Source: Mizuhopecten yessoensis
Taxonomy: Eukaryota
Assembly: GCF_002113885.1 (NCBI RefSeq)
Contig: NW_018403786.1
Span: forward strand, 1,497,858 to 1,561,857
DNA: 64,000 nucleotides
Reading direction: 5' to 3'
The number at the start of each line of letters is the position of its first letter. Position 1 is the first letter of the stretch. A model generated the notes under the pieces. It did not search any database, was not told the DNA's origin, and worked only from the letters and a program-made list of their open reading frames with translations. Position numbers and translations under genes: made by a program. Of this stretch, positions 13,974-26,645 are shown one piece after another.

Positions 13974-14060
13974 CTTGTTGGTCCCCTTATATACATCGGC
14001 CGTGGCACCACTCCCGAGTAGGTCCTGGGTACGGTACTCATGATTGTCCGTCTCCTTCAT
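13974..14060 (-). CDS. First coding exon of a second TBK1/IKKepsilon-like kinase (MKETDNHEYRTQDLLGSGATADVYKGTNK)
   Basis: ATG at 14060, Gly-rich loop LGSGATADVYKG (cf. TBK1 LGQGATANVFRG), GT donor after 13974. The 87-bp/29-codon length equals the vertebrate TBK1 first coding exon. No following exon was found in 1-13973. Confidence 0.8.
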
Positions 14061-16389
14061 CCCCTCCTTGTGGTGCAACAACTACGTATTAATGGTAACA
14101 CGGAAGTAACTCTTAAACTGGAAAAACCACTGAGGTACCCGGTGGGAGGTATACATTGCAATAGCATGATATATTTTATGTACGTTCTTGCCTGAAACGT
14201 TTGTTTCAGTTTGTTTCATTTTGTTTAATGTTTTATTTTTGTAAAGATCAATGAACATCAGATTGTTTTAATGAGGTTGTTGTTATTAATTTAAGATCCC
14301 AGCTCAAGTTATTGTGTAGGACCACGGATTTTAGATAGCAGGGATTCGCAACACCTCTTTCATTTCGCGTACGTATTGTCTTTCTCTTGTATTTTTGCAC
14401 CTAACCGTGACGGCCTTCATGACCTCGCGCTGGAGCCAATTTACCTGTTCTGCGCTTGCGTGCTATCTCACAGACCGATTTCCGGTATCGATAAACACGT
14501 TGTTCATAGGGTGACACTGATTTGACAGGCAAGTAACACAGTGTAATCATCGTGGCTAAAACTTTAGAACATTAATGCATACATGTGATGATATTGCAAA
14601 CTATGCCAAGCAGGTACAACATTGTCAAATGTTGCCTTTCCCTCTAATCTTATTCCGTGGTAAGACAGGTACATAATGTATTCATGGAGATAACGTCATA
14701 TCCGCAATTTAAACTATTTAAAGACTTACATAGATCTCCAAACTGGAAATGCCTTTTACTATTTATATATATTTCGCCAACAGCATTTCATTTCGGAACT
14801 TGCTTAGGCTAGAAAAAAGAATAGTTGCGTCTCCAGGACAAGTTAAACATGATTGGTCTTAGTAGAGACGTACATGTATATGTATCTCGCTGGAGAAGAC
14901 TTTTTAAGTTAGTGCTTTTATTCCCGTTGACGTCATCTTGTTAAAAAAAAATCGTCACATTGTCATGTGATTTCTTGTCATCACACATATTGCCCAATCT
15001 ACCTATATCCAGGCCTATGTTGCCAGCTAAGTGTTTTTTTTTCATAATCTTTAAAAGCAACCTCAACACTCAAGACAAATTTTATGCCCAATATATATTG
15101 GTGACATATTGGTCATATGAAGCACTGTTGTAATATTGTTTCATTACTTTTAAGAAAATATCTGCCTACGTTATTTTCTTTGTTTTATATAAAACAAATT
15201 TCATTTCATTTTTCAAACATGCCAGACACCGATTCGGACCCTGTGACATATATTTCAAATAGCAGTTGTTGTCTGACTTTTGTGCCACAATAAAAAAGCA
15301 AATATGTGAATTAAAATGTTTAAAAAGGTATGGAGAAAGAAACACAACCTATAGATTGGTTAACGTGATAATTATATAAATACAAGTTGTTAAAAGATTA
15401 TTAATTGTTTGGTTCTAATGTGTATTCTTAAGGCACAAAATAGAGATAAACGGATATATAACAAAAAAATGCAAGCTCACTGTGAACTACTTATCAACTA
15501 TGTGACTAGGTTTTTTAGGCGTCTTTTTATTATTGCTACCATCCCAGGGTGGTAGCTTTATAATTGGTCGCTGTACCCAACAGTATCAAACAGCTGAGCT
15601 GCTCTCACTGGGACCGCCGCTGACCAGGACCGTTGCATATTGTGGCGTTTTCCTACACTTGTTTTAGCAAACATCTGCAATGATTTGCATCGATATATGA
15701 CTAGTGTTTAGCATGGGAAAGTATCAGCATAAAATTATCAAGACAAAGGGATTATGATCATTGTTTTTAATACACAAAGTGAAGCAGAACTCATAATGCG
15801 GAGTTGGAATATAACAGTTACCTCCCTTTGATCATGGAGCTCTGACTAAATTGTTATAGTTCACACAGTTCAGAATATATACAACTACGCGTAAATTAAA
15901 AAATATCTTTCTCCATAGAAATTTTTCATAAAGGCCTCTCTGTCAAATCAAATGAACTGGTTCAAACATGTACCTACATGATGTTGGATCGGAGTACACT
16001 AAATCCAAATTATTTCATGTTTGTATACACATTATCTACTGTTTTCTTTGAAAATCCGCCGGGGCATTATAATCTTTAATAATAAAAAAAAAAGTTTTAT
16101 TTATTGTGAACTACAGACTACACTGTTAATTGTTCTGTCAAACTACCACAAAACTTACCAAAAGAGACAAATAAATGAGTTTTAAGTATATATCAGATTA
16201 TATCTGAAACAAATCTTTCTATTTCGTGTATTAAGAATTAAGTTAAAATTAATTATTTGAAATTTCTGTGTGACTTTAATTGTTAGATTTGGTCAGAAAA
16301 GGGGCCATACTAGTTTAAAAAGTACAGGAGTCGAAGTTGTATCAATGATAAAATTCCGTATATCCTATAACCATAGCTGTTAGCGGATA

Positions 16390-19300
16390 AATGTATAAGG
16401 TCCTAGGCGGGGACATCCTAATCAGGTAATGAAATGTAAATTATTCTGGTAGGTCATTATTATCAAATACATACACTCATGCATGAGAAAGATCAAGGGG
16501 GTGGGGGTTCAAGTGGTAAATTCACTGAAGAGTAGACACCTTAAAACACACACGATCCAGAGCGGAGAAATCATGATAAGGAAATCAAATTATGAATATA
16601 TCCGTGTTTTATCGTTATAAAAGTTAAAAATGAACTCGGTCAAAATATGCGTCATAATGATTTTTGAAAGTATATGTATTACATCAATAATGAAATACAG
16701 TATTATGCATCTAAAAACGTTTACGGTCCTGAGCGGGGACATCCTGATCAGGCAATCAAATGTTAAATATATCCGTTGTAATTCTTCACATTAGTAAAGT
16801 CAGCAATGAATACGGTCAAAAGATGTGTCATAATGATTTTTAAATGCAAAAATTTGAACATGAACGATGAAATACTATATACATGTATATAAATCTTACA
16901 ACATACACGATCCAGAGCGGAGAAATCATGATCAGGAAATCAAATTATGAATATATCCGTGTTTTATCGTTATAAAAGTTAAAAATGAACTCGGTCAAAA
17001 TATGCGTCATAATGATTTTTGAAAGGATATGTATTACATCAATAATGAAATACAGTATTATGCATCTAAAAACGTTTACGGTCCTGAGCGGGGACATCCT
17101 GATCAGGCAATCAAATATATCCGTTGTAATTCTTCACATTAGTAAAGTCAGCAATGAATACGGTCAAAAGATGTGTCATAATGATTTTTAAATGCAAAAA
17201 TTTGAACATGAACGATGAAATACTATATACATGTATATAAATCTTACAACATACACGGTCCTGAGCGGGGACATCCTGATCAGGAAAGCAAATGTTACAT
17301 ATATCCTTGGTATAACTATACATTAGTAAAGTCAGTAATGGATACGGTCAAAAGATGTGTCATAATGACTTTTAAATGCAAAAAATTGAACATGAACGAC
17401 AAATTACTAATTATATACATCTTATTACGTTCAAGGTCCTGAGCGGGGACATCCTGATCAGGAAATCAAATTTTAAAAATATCTGTTGTATTTCTTATCG
17501 TTTGGAAAGTCAGCAGCAATGAATCGGTAAAGCGATGTGTCATAATGATTTTTAAATAAAAATAGGTAACATGAACTTGGAAATACTATATATATACATC
17601 TTATAACATACATATAACATTAACGGTCCTGAGCGGGGATATCCTGATCAGAAAATCAAATGTAAAAAATATCCTTTGTAATTCTTCACATTATTAAAGT
17701 CAGCAGTAACGAATCCATCGGTCAAGCAATGTGTCATAATGTTTTTAAAATTAAACATAGGTTACATGAGCGAGGAAGTACTAAATATTTACATCTTGTA
17801 ACATAAACGGTCCTGAGCGGGGACATCCTGATCAGGAAATCAAATGGTAAATATATCCGTTGTTAGTCTTCACGTCAGTAAAGATAGCAATGCATACGAT
17901 AAAAAGAGAAGTCATAATGACTTTTAAATGCAAAAATAGGCAAAAAAGTGACGAAATACTTAAAATATACATCTCCGTCCCGAGCGGAGATATCCTGATC
18001 AGGAAATCAAATGTTTAAAATATTCGTTTTTATTCGTCATATAAGTTAAGTTAGGAATGAACAATGTCAAAAGATGTGTCATTATGATTGTTAAAAGAAA
18101 ACATAGGTGCTAGTAACATGAAGGACGAAATATTATTTGTATACATCTTACAAGAAACACGTTCCTGAACAAGAAATCAAATGTTAAATATATCAGGTCT
18201 TTTTCGTCATATAAGTAAAGTTTGGGATGGACACGGTGAAAAGATGTGTCATTATGATTTTTAAAAGAAAAATAAGTAACATGAACGACGAAATACTATA
18301 TATAAACATCTTAAAAGAAACACGGTCCTGAGCGGGGACATCATGATCAGGAATTCAAATGAAAGATATACCGCTTGACCCTTTTAATAAAACACATTCA
18401 CACATTAATGTAACAGATCAAAGGTGGTTTCAAAATGATTTTCAAATGAATTATCCATTGAATATTATAACAATTATTAAATACTTCATATAAACACCTT
18501 TAAACACACACGGTCCTGAGCGTGGTCATCATGATCAGGAAATCAAATTATGAAAATATCCATGTTTTCTCGTCATATAAGTGAAGCTAGCAATCAACAC
18601 GGTAAAAAGTTGTGTCATAATAATTATTGAAAGGATATATACATAGCATCAATAATGAAATACAGTAGTACTCAACTCATAACGTTAACGGTTCTGAATG
18701 AGGACATCCTGATCAAAAATCAAATGTGCAAGTGATCTGTAATTCTTCACATTAGTAAAGTTAGCAATTAATACGTTTAAGGAGGTTTTATGATGATTTT
18801 TAAGTGCAAAAATAGATAAAATGAACGACAAAATACTTAATACATACATCTTATAGCATACACGGTCCTGAGCGTGGACATCCTGATCAGGAAATCAAAG
18901 TTAAAGATATCCGTTGTATTTCTTATCATTAGTAAAGTCAGCAGCAATGAGTCGGTCAAGTGATGTGTCATAATGATCTTTAAATAAAAATAGGTAACAT
19001 GAGCGACATAATACTAAATATATACATCTTATAACATACATGGTCCTGAGCGGGAACATACTGAAATATATCTGTTGCGAGTCTTCACATTAGAAAAGAC
19101 AGCAATGCATACGGTCAAAAGGGAAGTCATGATGAATTTTAAATGCAAAAATAGACAAAAAAAAACGACGAAATACTAAATATATACATCTTATAACATA
19201 CACGGTCCCGAGCGTGAACATCCTGATCAGGAAATCAAATGTTAGATATAACCGTTAAAATATGTGTTATTATGATTTTTAAAAGAAAAAATAGGTAACA

Positions 19301-21925
19301 TGAACGACGAAATACTATATATATACATCTTACAAGAAACACGGTCCTGAGCGGGGACATCCTGATCAGGAAATCAAATGTTAAATATATTCGTTGTGAA
19401 TCTTCTCATTAATAAAGTTAGCAAAAAATACGGTCAAACGATGTGTTATTAAGATTTTTAATCAAAACAGGTAAAATGAACGACGTTATACTAAATATAT
19501 ACATCTTATAACATACACGGTCCTGAGCAAGGGACATCCAGATCAGGAAATCAAATGTTAAATATATCCTTGGTATGTCTTCACATTAGTAACGTCAGTA
19601 ATGGATCTGGTCAAAAGATATGTCATAATGACTTTTAAATGCAAAAAATTGAACATGAACGACTAAATACTAAATATATACATCTCATTACGTTCAAGGT
19701 CCTGAGCGGGGACATCCTGATCAGGAAATCAAATTTTAAAAATATCTGTTGTATTTCTTATAGTTTGTAAAGTCAGCAGCAATGAATGAGTCAAAAGATG
19801 TGAAATAGTGATTTTGAAATGAACAACGAGGAAATATAATATATATACATCTTATAACATACACGGTCCTGAGAAGGGACATCCTGATCAGGAAATCAAA
19901 TGTTAAATATATCTGAAATCATAATGTATTCAAATGAATAATTCATTGAATATTATTACAACGATGAAATTCTTCATATTAAAACACACACGGTCATAAG
20001 CGGGGACATCACTATCAGAAGATCAAATTATGAATGTATCCGTTGTTTCTCGTTATGTAAGTAAATTTAGCAATGAATATTGTCAAACGATGCGTTATCA
20101 TTATTTTTAAATTGATATATATATTAGATCGATGATGAAATAAATTATTATTCATTATAACGTTTACGGTCCTGAACAGGGACATCTTGATCAGGAAATC
20201 AAACTTTAAATGTATCTGAAATCATAATGATTTTCAAATGAATAATCCATTGAATATTATTACAATGATGAACTACTTCATATAAACACCGTAAAACGCA
20301 CACGGTCGTGTGTGAGACATCATGATCAGAAGATCAAATTATGAATATATCCGTTGTTTCTCGTTATGAAAGTAAATTTAGCATTGAATATGGTCAAACG
20401 ATGCGTCATTTTTATTTTTTAAATTGATATATACATTACATCAATGATGGAATAGATTATTATTCATCATCACGTTTGCGGTCCTAAACGGGGACATCTT
20501 GATCAGGAAATCAAACTTTAAATATCTTTTGTTATGCAGCACATCAGCAAAGTTAGGAAAGAACACGAAAATAAGTAACATTAGCGATGGAATACTGTAA
20601 CGTTTTGTAACAATACCATTGCTGTCGCCAGTATAACGTTTTCTATTGCTGTATTAACTCAGTACAGCTGCCATCCGTGTAACATTTCTAAATATCCCTA
20701 CTGCTAGACACTAGGTTTTAGTGATCCAAAATCAACTGATAGTCACCAGTGTTACGTTCTCTTTTGTATTCCTGATGCTTTCTATTTTCAATTTCCGTTG
20801 CCACCAGTTCAAATTAATTTAACAACAAAATCAGTACATTTATATTAACATTTTATTTACAACACAAGTATTTTAATCTGTCACAAAATATATAAGTCCT
20901 TACCATTGTGAATGAACTCTCTCCACTTAAAACTTATCTCCAACTATATCGACAAAATACAGTCTAAACTACTATTCTTACTAACTTTCTAATTAGCATT
21001 CTAACTGTAGCTTTCTAACTCTCCTCTGTGTCTCTAGACCTCTCAACTCTGTCTAGACTCCTTAGCTCAAGTCTCTAGTGTCAGACTCCCTAGACGCAAA
21101 ATCCTGCTACATTGCTAAGGTAGGTAAATCCAGCTTCATTTGACTCCTTTACGACTAGGTGAAACTGGCAATTAATCCTGCTAAATTTGACCCCGCGGTC
21201 AGATCAACTGGAGGCACAAAAACTACGTCACAGACTAGAACTCCATCCATCTAGAACATTCACACTAATCTACAGATATCTACGGCTACTATCTTCAAAT
21301 AAAACTCTGGCACTGACCACGAGTCAAGGATAATTTAATTTGAACACTTTAGCGTCTAATAAATGCATAGCAATATAATACATATACATCTAAGAACATG
21401 TCATGTCCTTAGCGGGGACGTCCTGATCAGGAAATCAAATGTTAAATACATCTGCTGTTATTCACCGTCAGTAAAGTAATCAATGAATACGGTCAAAAGA
21501 TGTGTCATAATGATTTTAAAATTTAAAATAGGTAACATGAACGACGAAATATTATATATAAACATCTTATAACATACACGGTCCTGAGCGGGGACATCCT
21601 GATCAGGAAATCAAATGGAAATAATTCCGTTAGGTTATTTTTATCAAATACATATATATACTCGTCAATTTAAAAGATCAATGGAGGTGTCATAATAATT
21701 TTCAAATGGTAAGTCCTCTAAACATTTAAATCAAAATAAAGGAATACTTCATATATTTTCATCATAAAATAATTGTTTCTCGTTATGTAAGTTGGCAATG
21801 AACACCGTCAAAAGATACGACATTATCATTTTAAATGGATATATGCATTACATCAATGATAGAATACATTCGTTTCCATCATAATACGTTATGGGTCCTG
21901 AGCGGGGACACCCTGCTCAGGAATC
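16390..21925. repeat. Diverged ~175-185-bp satellite array, ~5.5 kb, with conserved box ggtcctgagcggggacatcctgatcaggaaatcaaat
   Basis: Box recurs near 16725, 17081, 17258, 17435, 17626, 17809 ... 21580, 21895. Interrupted by an unrelated insert at ~20596-21380. Confidence 0.93.
20596..21382. mobile_element. Non-satellite insertion in the satellite array, possibly a solo LTR
   Basis: Starts TGTAAC, ends near ...CA, and the satellite monomer resumes afterwards. Minus-strand aataaa near 20855. TSD only imperfect (aatac/tatac). Confidence 0.4.
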
Positions 21926-21939
21926 ATTTCAAAACCCCT

Positions 21940-24255
21940 AAAATCCAGTTTTAAACGTAAAGTATGGCTATATGACCTAGGCAACTACGACGAATATCGT
22001 GACAGACTTGATTGGGACAGCACTCTCGACAATAAATTACATACACAAAAGTACAGAGCAATTTACAGGTTGTTTACTTACAATTGCAAATGAGTGCATA
22101 CCTAATAAAAATATAATTGTAAGAGCGAATGATGCTGCTTGTATGAATAGTGCAATTAGAAAATTGATTCGTAAACGGAAGTATATACACCGCAAAGCCA
22201 AACAGTCACAGAATGCGGACGACTGGTCGAATTTCAGGAAAGCTCGTAACGTGTGTATAAATGCCATTCGTAAATCTAAACGTGATTATTTTAACAAATT
22301 ATGTACAAAGCTTAACCATACTAATACTAATATCAGTAGCAAAGAATGGTGGAAGATTGTAAATTGTCTTATGTCTAACTAAAACAAATAATTAAAAAAA
22401 ATCCTCCTATTTTCTATAACGGTAACTTTATACACGACGACATAGACAAAGCCAATGCCTTTAACACTTTCTTCAGCTCACATTCTTATATTAACGACAC
22501 TAATGTTGACCCTCCTGATCTACACAAATCCCATAATCATACTCTTTCTGACATTTGCATATCCCGACAAGATGTTCTTGACGTAATACATTCTCTTGAC
22601 TGCAAAAAAGCTGTTGGTCCTGACCTCGAAAAGGGCGAATGTTACTCCCGTGCACAAACAAGTTTATCCATCTGTTCTCGGAAATTACCGTCCTATCTCT
22701 CTTTTGTCTATCATAGGTAAAATGATGGAAAGGTGTTTATATAAATATGTTTATAACTATTGAAATGACGAGTCCCTACTTTCATCTTGTCAGTCGGGTT
22801 TCAGATCCGGTGATTCCACTATGAATCAACTTGTATCTATTTCTAATGATATATTCCGCTTTAGATAATGATAAAGAAATTAGAATAGACTTCTGCGATA
22901 TTAGTAAGACTTTCGAGCGAGTATTGCATCGTGGTCTTCTTTCTAAACACCAAAACTGTGGCATCACAGGTAAATTATTTGATTGGTTCTCGAGCTATTT
23001 ACGTAATCGCTGCCAACATGTTGTCATCAATGGTAAACAATCAATCTTAAATTACATTTCTGCTGGAGTTCCTCAAGGGTCAATTCTAGGTCCATTATTG
23101 TTTCTAATTTGTAAATGACATCGTCGAAGATATTATTGTATATTATTGTATCATAAAGTTGTTTGCTGACGATACGTCTCTATACGTTATAGTGGATTTG
23201 CCGGATCTGAGCGCTAATCTCTTGAATGATAATCTAAACAAAATTCATGAATGGTCAAAACCATGGCTTGTCTATTTCAATCCTAGTAAGACAGTGTCAA
23301 TGACAGTAAGTAGAAAAAATGACAAACCACTTCATCCCCCTTTGTATATGAACAACAACCCACTAACAGTGGTAACATGCCACAAACACCTTGGTGTCTT
23401 TATTTCGTCTATTGGATGGTGGATTGATCATGTTCAGTATATAATTAACAAAACTTCAACAAAACAGGCCTTTTAAGAAACCTGAAATTTTCCATTGACA
23501 GAAAAACGCTTCAAACTATTTATTTTACTTTTATTCGACCTTTGTTAGAATATGGGGACGTAATATGGGACAACATAACGTTAGGCCAAAGCCAACTGTT
23601 AGAAAATATTCCACTCGAAGCAGCCAGGATTGTAACTTGGGCCACTAAATTAACTAGTCATGAATGATTGTATTTAGAAACTGGTTGGGACCCTCTTATT
23701 GAAAGAAGACGAAAACATGAAATAACACAACTTCATAAAATCGTTCATGGTCAGTGTCCCTCCTATTTAACTTACATACTCCCCGCTCGTCATTCTGACA
23801 TTCATTCTCACGATACTAGAAACGCGAATAATTTCTGTCAAATAAGATGTCGTACTAAACTCTATAAAGATTCTTTTTTACTTTCCTCTGTTGACTTATG
23901 GAATGCTCTTCCGGACAACGTTAAGCATAACCCATCACTTACTAACCTTAAGAAGTCTGTGTTTGTCAACTATCATCACAGTAATCTTGTTCCATCCTAT
24001 TACTATTACTGAAATAGTAGATATGGCCAAATTCACCACGCTCGACTGAGGATGAACTGTAGTTCCCTTGATAATCACTTGATTTTACGTAAATTAGTTG
24101 AAAGTCCCATATGTGTTCTTGTAACCGTTCTGCTGAAACTAATGAACACTTTCTCCTCTTTTATCTTAACTTCGAACAATTAAGATTACAATGTTTTAGA
24201 AATCGTCCTCCTGGGAATAACTTAAATCTGCTGCTGTATAGAAATCCTGATATGC
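21940..24255 (+). mobile_element. Degenerate 5'-truncated CR1-group LINE ORF2 (RT)
   Basis: Motifs NYRPISLLSI, FCDISKTFERVLH, GVPQGSILGPLLFLI, FADDTSLY, HKHLGV and YLETGW..L..RR. Many stops and frameshifts. Confidence 0.92.
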
Positions 24256-24289
24256 AAGGTCAATATAACTAGCTAAATATATTGCTAAA

Positions 24290-25490
24290 AGTAGACAAGG
24301 GACTAGGCACAAGTTAAAACAACTTATCAACGCCTTCTCCCAATATGCATTTTGAATGACATTACAATAATGACAATAAATATATACAATTGTTATTATA
24401 ATTTGAACTCAAAATCCCTCCTGGATTTAATAAAGTTTTTCACATATCTAAACAAGTTTGAGAAAATGTCCACGGAAAATTGTTAATAGCCAAACTAAAG
24501 TATTTCTAAATTTAACGCAACATTCAAATTATTTAAATTTTGAACCAGAATACGTCTTTCGATTGTGAAAAGGTGACATTCCATAAAATAGTGAAAGACA
24601 TTCTCACAGGGATGACCACAATTACAAGTTGCACTCCCAACAAGGTTAACTCTAAAAAGGTCATACATTTAATTAAGAGAACTACACTGGTGTCGGAGCT
24701 TAGTATGCAAAATATTAAGTTTACGATTTCCAATTTTAAAGTAAAAAGGTGGACTTTACTGAATATTTGATGTTAAACAGGATTTGAAGGAATTTATAGA
24801 GGGCAGGGATCGAACCGAATTTTCTAAGTTATTCCAACAATGAAGAGTAAAAGGCAGAAAAGAAGAAATATTAAGAGGCAGTCTGAAAAGAGAAATCCTA
24901 TAGTTATTATTGTTACGTAAAGCGTAACGATTATTTCCTCCAGATCATGAGTTAATTTATCATGCATCTTATACAAAAGTTGAAGTTTACTCCATTTGCT
25001 GCGATTAGATAAAGTTTCAAGACCAGTTTCGTAATATAAAGTATTAATAGGGGTATATGCGGGAAGTCCTAATATAATGCAAGCAGCTTCACGTTGGGCT
25101 TTTTACAACTTTTCCGATTCAAACATAGTGCAACCGTCCCACAACTCACAAGCATATTCTAAAAAAGGTAAAATAAAAGTCTTGTATATTATTAAAAGAG
25201 CATCCCTACTTAATAAGTGTTTTAGTTTCCGTAAGATATTATTTTTTTTTCATAACGGAAGTGTATCTCCCATTTTGATGATCCCCCCATTTTGCATTCG
25301 AATTAAAAGCTACCCCTTACTGTTTATGATAATCTGTAAAGTTTAAGACTTTTCCATCAATTTCTAAATCTGCGTCTTCCTCGATATCAATTGAATTCGA
25401 AATAAACAATACATCTGTTTTTTCGGGATTAAAATTAACCTTTTTTTATCCAATATTTAAGTTGAAAAAAATCGTCTTTAAATCGTGGGA
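24290..25490 (-). mobile_element. Second decayed CR1-group LINE 3' fragment, tail-to-tail with the + strand copy
   Basis: Minus-strand translation gives VNFNPEKTDVL, IYKTFILPFLEYACELWDGC and ETGLETLSNR. Confidence 0.75.
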
Positions 25491-26292
25491 TTGCGTACCA
25501 AGTTAATTGAAAGAAAAATATAAATAAAATCACGGAAAAAATTTACAAACATCGTACTATGAAAGGAAAAAAACCCAATAAAAAACGGTGTCTCTGTGCT
25601 CCAAAATGGCGGAAAGGATCATCCCAACTCAACCAGTTAGTGAACAGGGGTCTAAGATGGAAGTGTGGTCTCATATAACAATAACTGGATAAGTAATGCT
25701 GGTTTTAATTGTTATAATATAAAGCATTATTAGGGTAACCTTATCCCTTTTTTATATAGTTTGGTTGGTCACCAACTGATAAACCATTGCCAACCGTGAC
25801 AATAACTGGATGAGTAATGCTTGTATAATAGTTATAATGCCCTTATAAAAAAAATCGTATTGTAACCATTATTCTAGCATTTCGTATCCAGGTATGTCAC
25901 AGCTGGCAATGATTGATCAGTTTTGGACCAAAAATATGTACGAAAGATATGGAACTGATAAATGCCATATATAGTATTGGCCGGTCACGTTCATATGACA
26001 ACTTTAGTTATGACTTGTTACAAATTTTAACTCATTCACCCCTGAAGACACATTTGAACTCCTCCGATTCAAAGGTTGGAATAGTTCATAACGAATTATA
26101 TAGCAATACGTTTTCAATCCTAATGGTAACACAATTGTTATGCCTTGTCTACCTATCAGCTTATCTGGAAGACTACCCACGTTTAACCCTTGACCTTTCC
26201 TGAACTTACCACACGTCCTTTATCTTTTCTGTAGATTTCAAGTGGTACATACATTGTATGTCATCATTGTTATTGTTGTAAAATTATTCGGC

Positions 26293-26645
26293 ATGGTAAA
26301 AGTAAGGAAACACGCATTGCTGATGCTGGTAGTCCTGTTGGGTGGATGTGTGGGCGGGGCACGCTACACCCCGGACTGGGACTCACTAGACACGCGACCC
26401 CTCCCCCTCTGGTATGATGGTACCAAGGTGGGAGTGTTTATCCACTGGGGCGTGTTCTCCGTGCCAGCGTTCCGGTCTGAATGGTTCTGGTGGGACTGGC
26501 AGGGCGCTAAGTATAACGACTGTATCGAATTTATGAAGGCAAACTACCCACCCGGCTTCACCTACCCAGACTTCGGGCCCAAGTTCACTGCATCTCGGTT
26601 CGACGCTGACAAATGGGCGGATATACTGGCAAACTCTGGAGCAGG
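26293..26645 (+). CDS. FUCA: Fucosidase coding exon 1
   Basis: MVKVRKH...ILANSGA; donor GG|gttagt. Confidence 0.92.
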
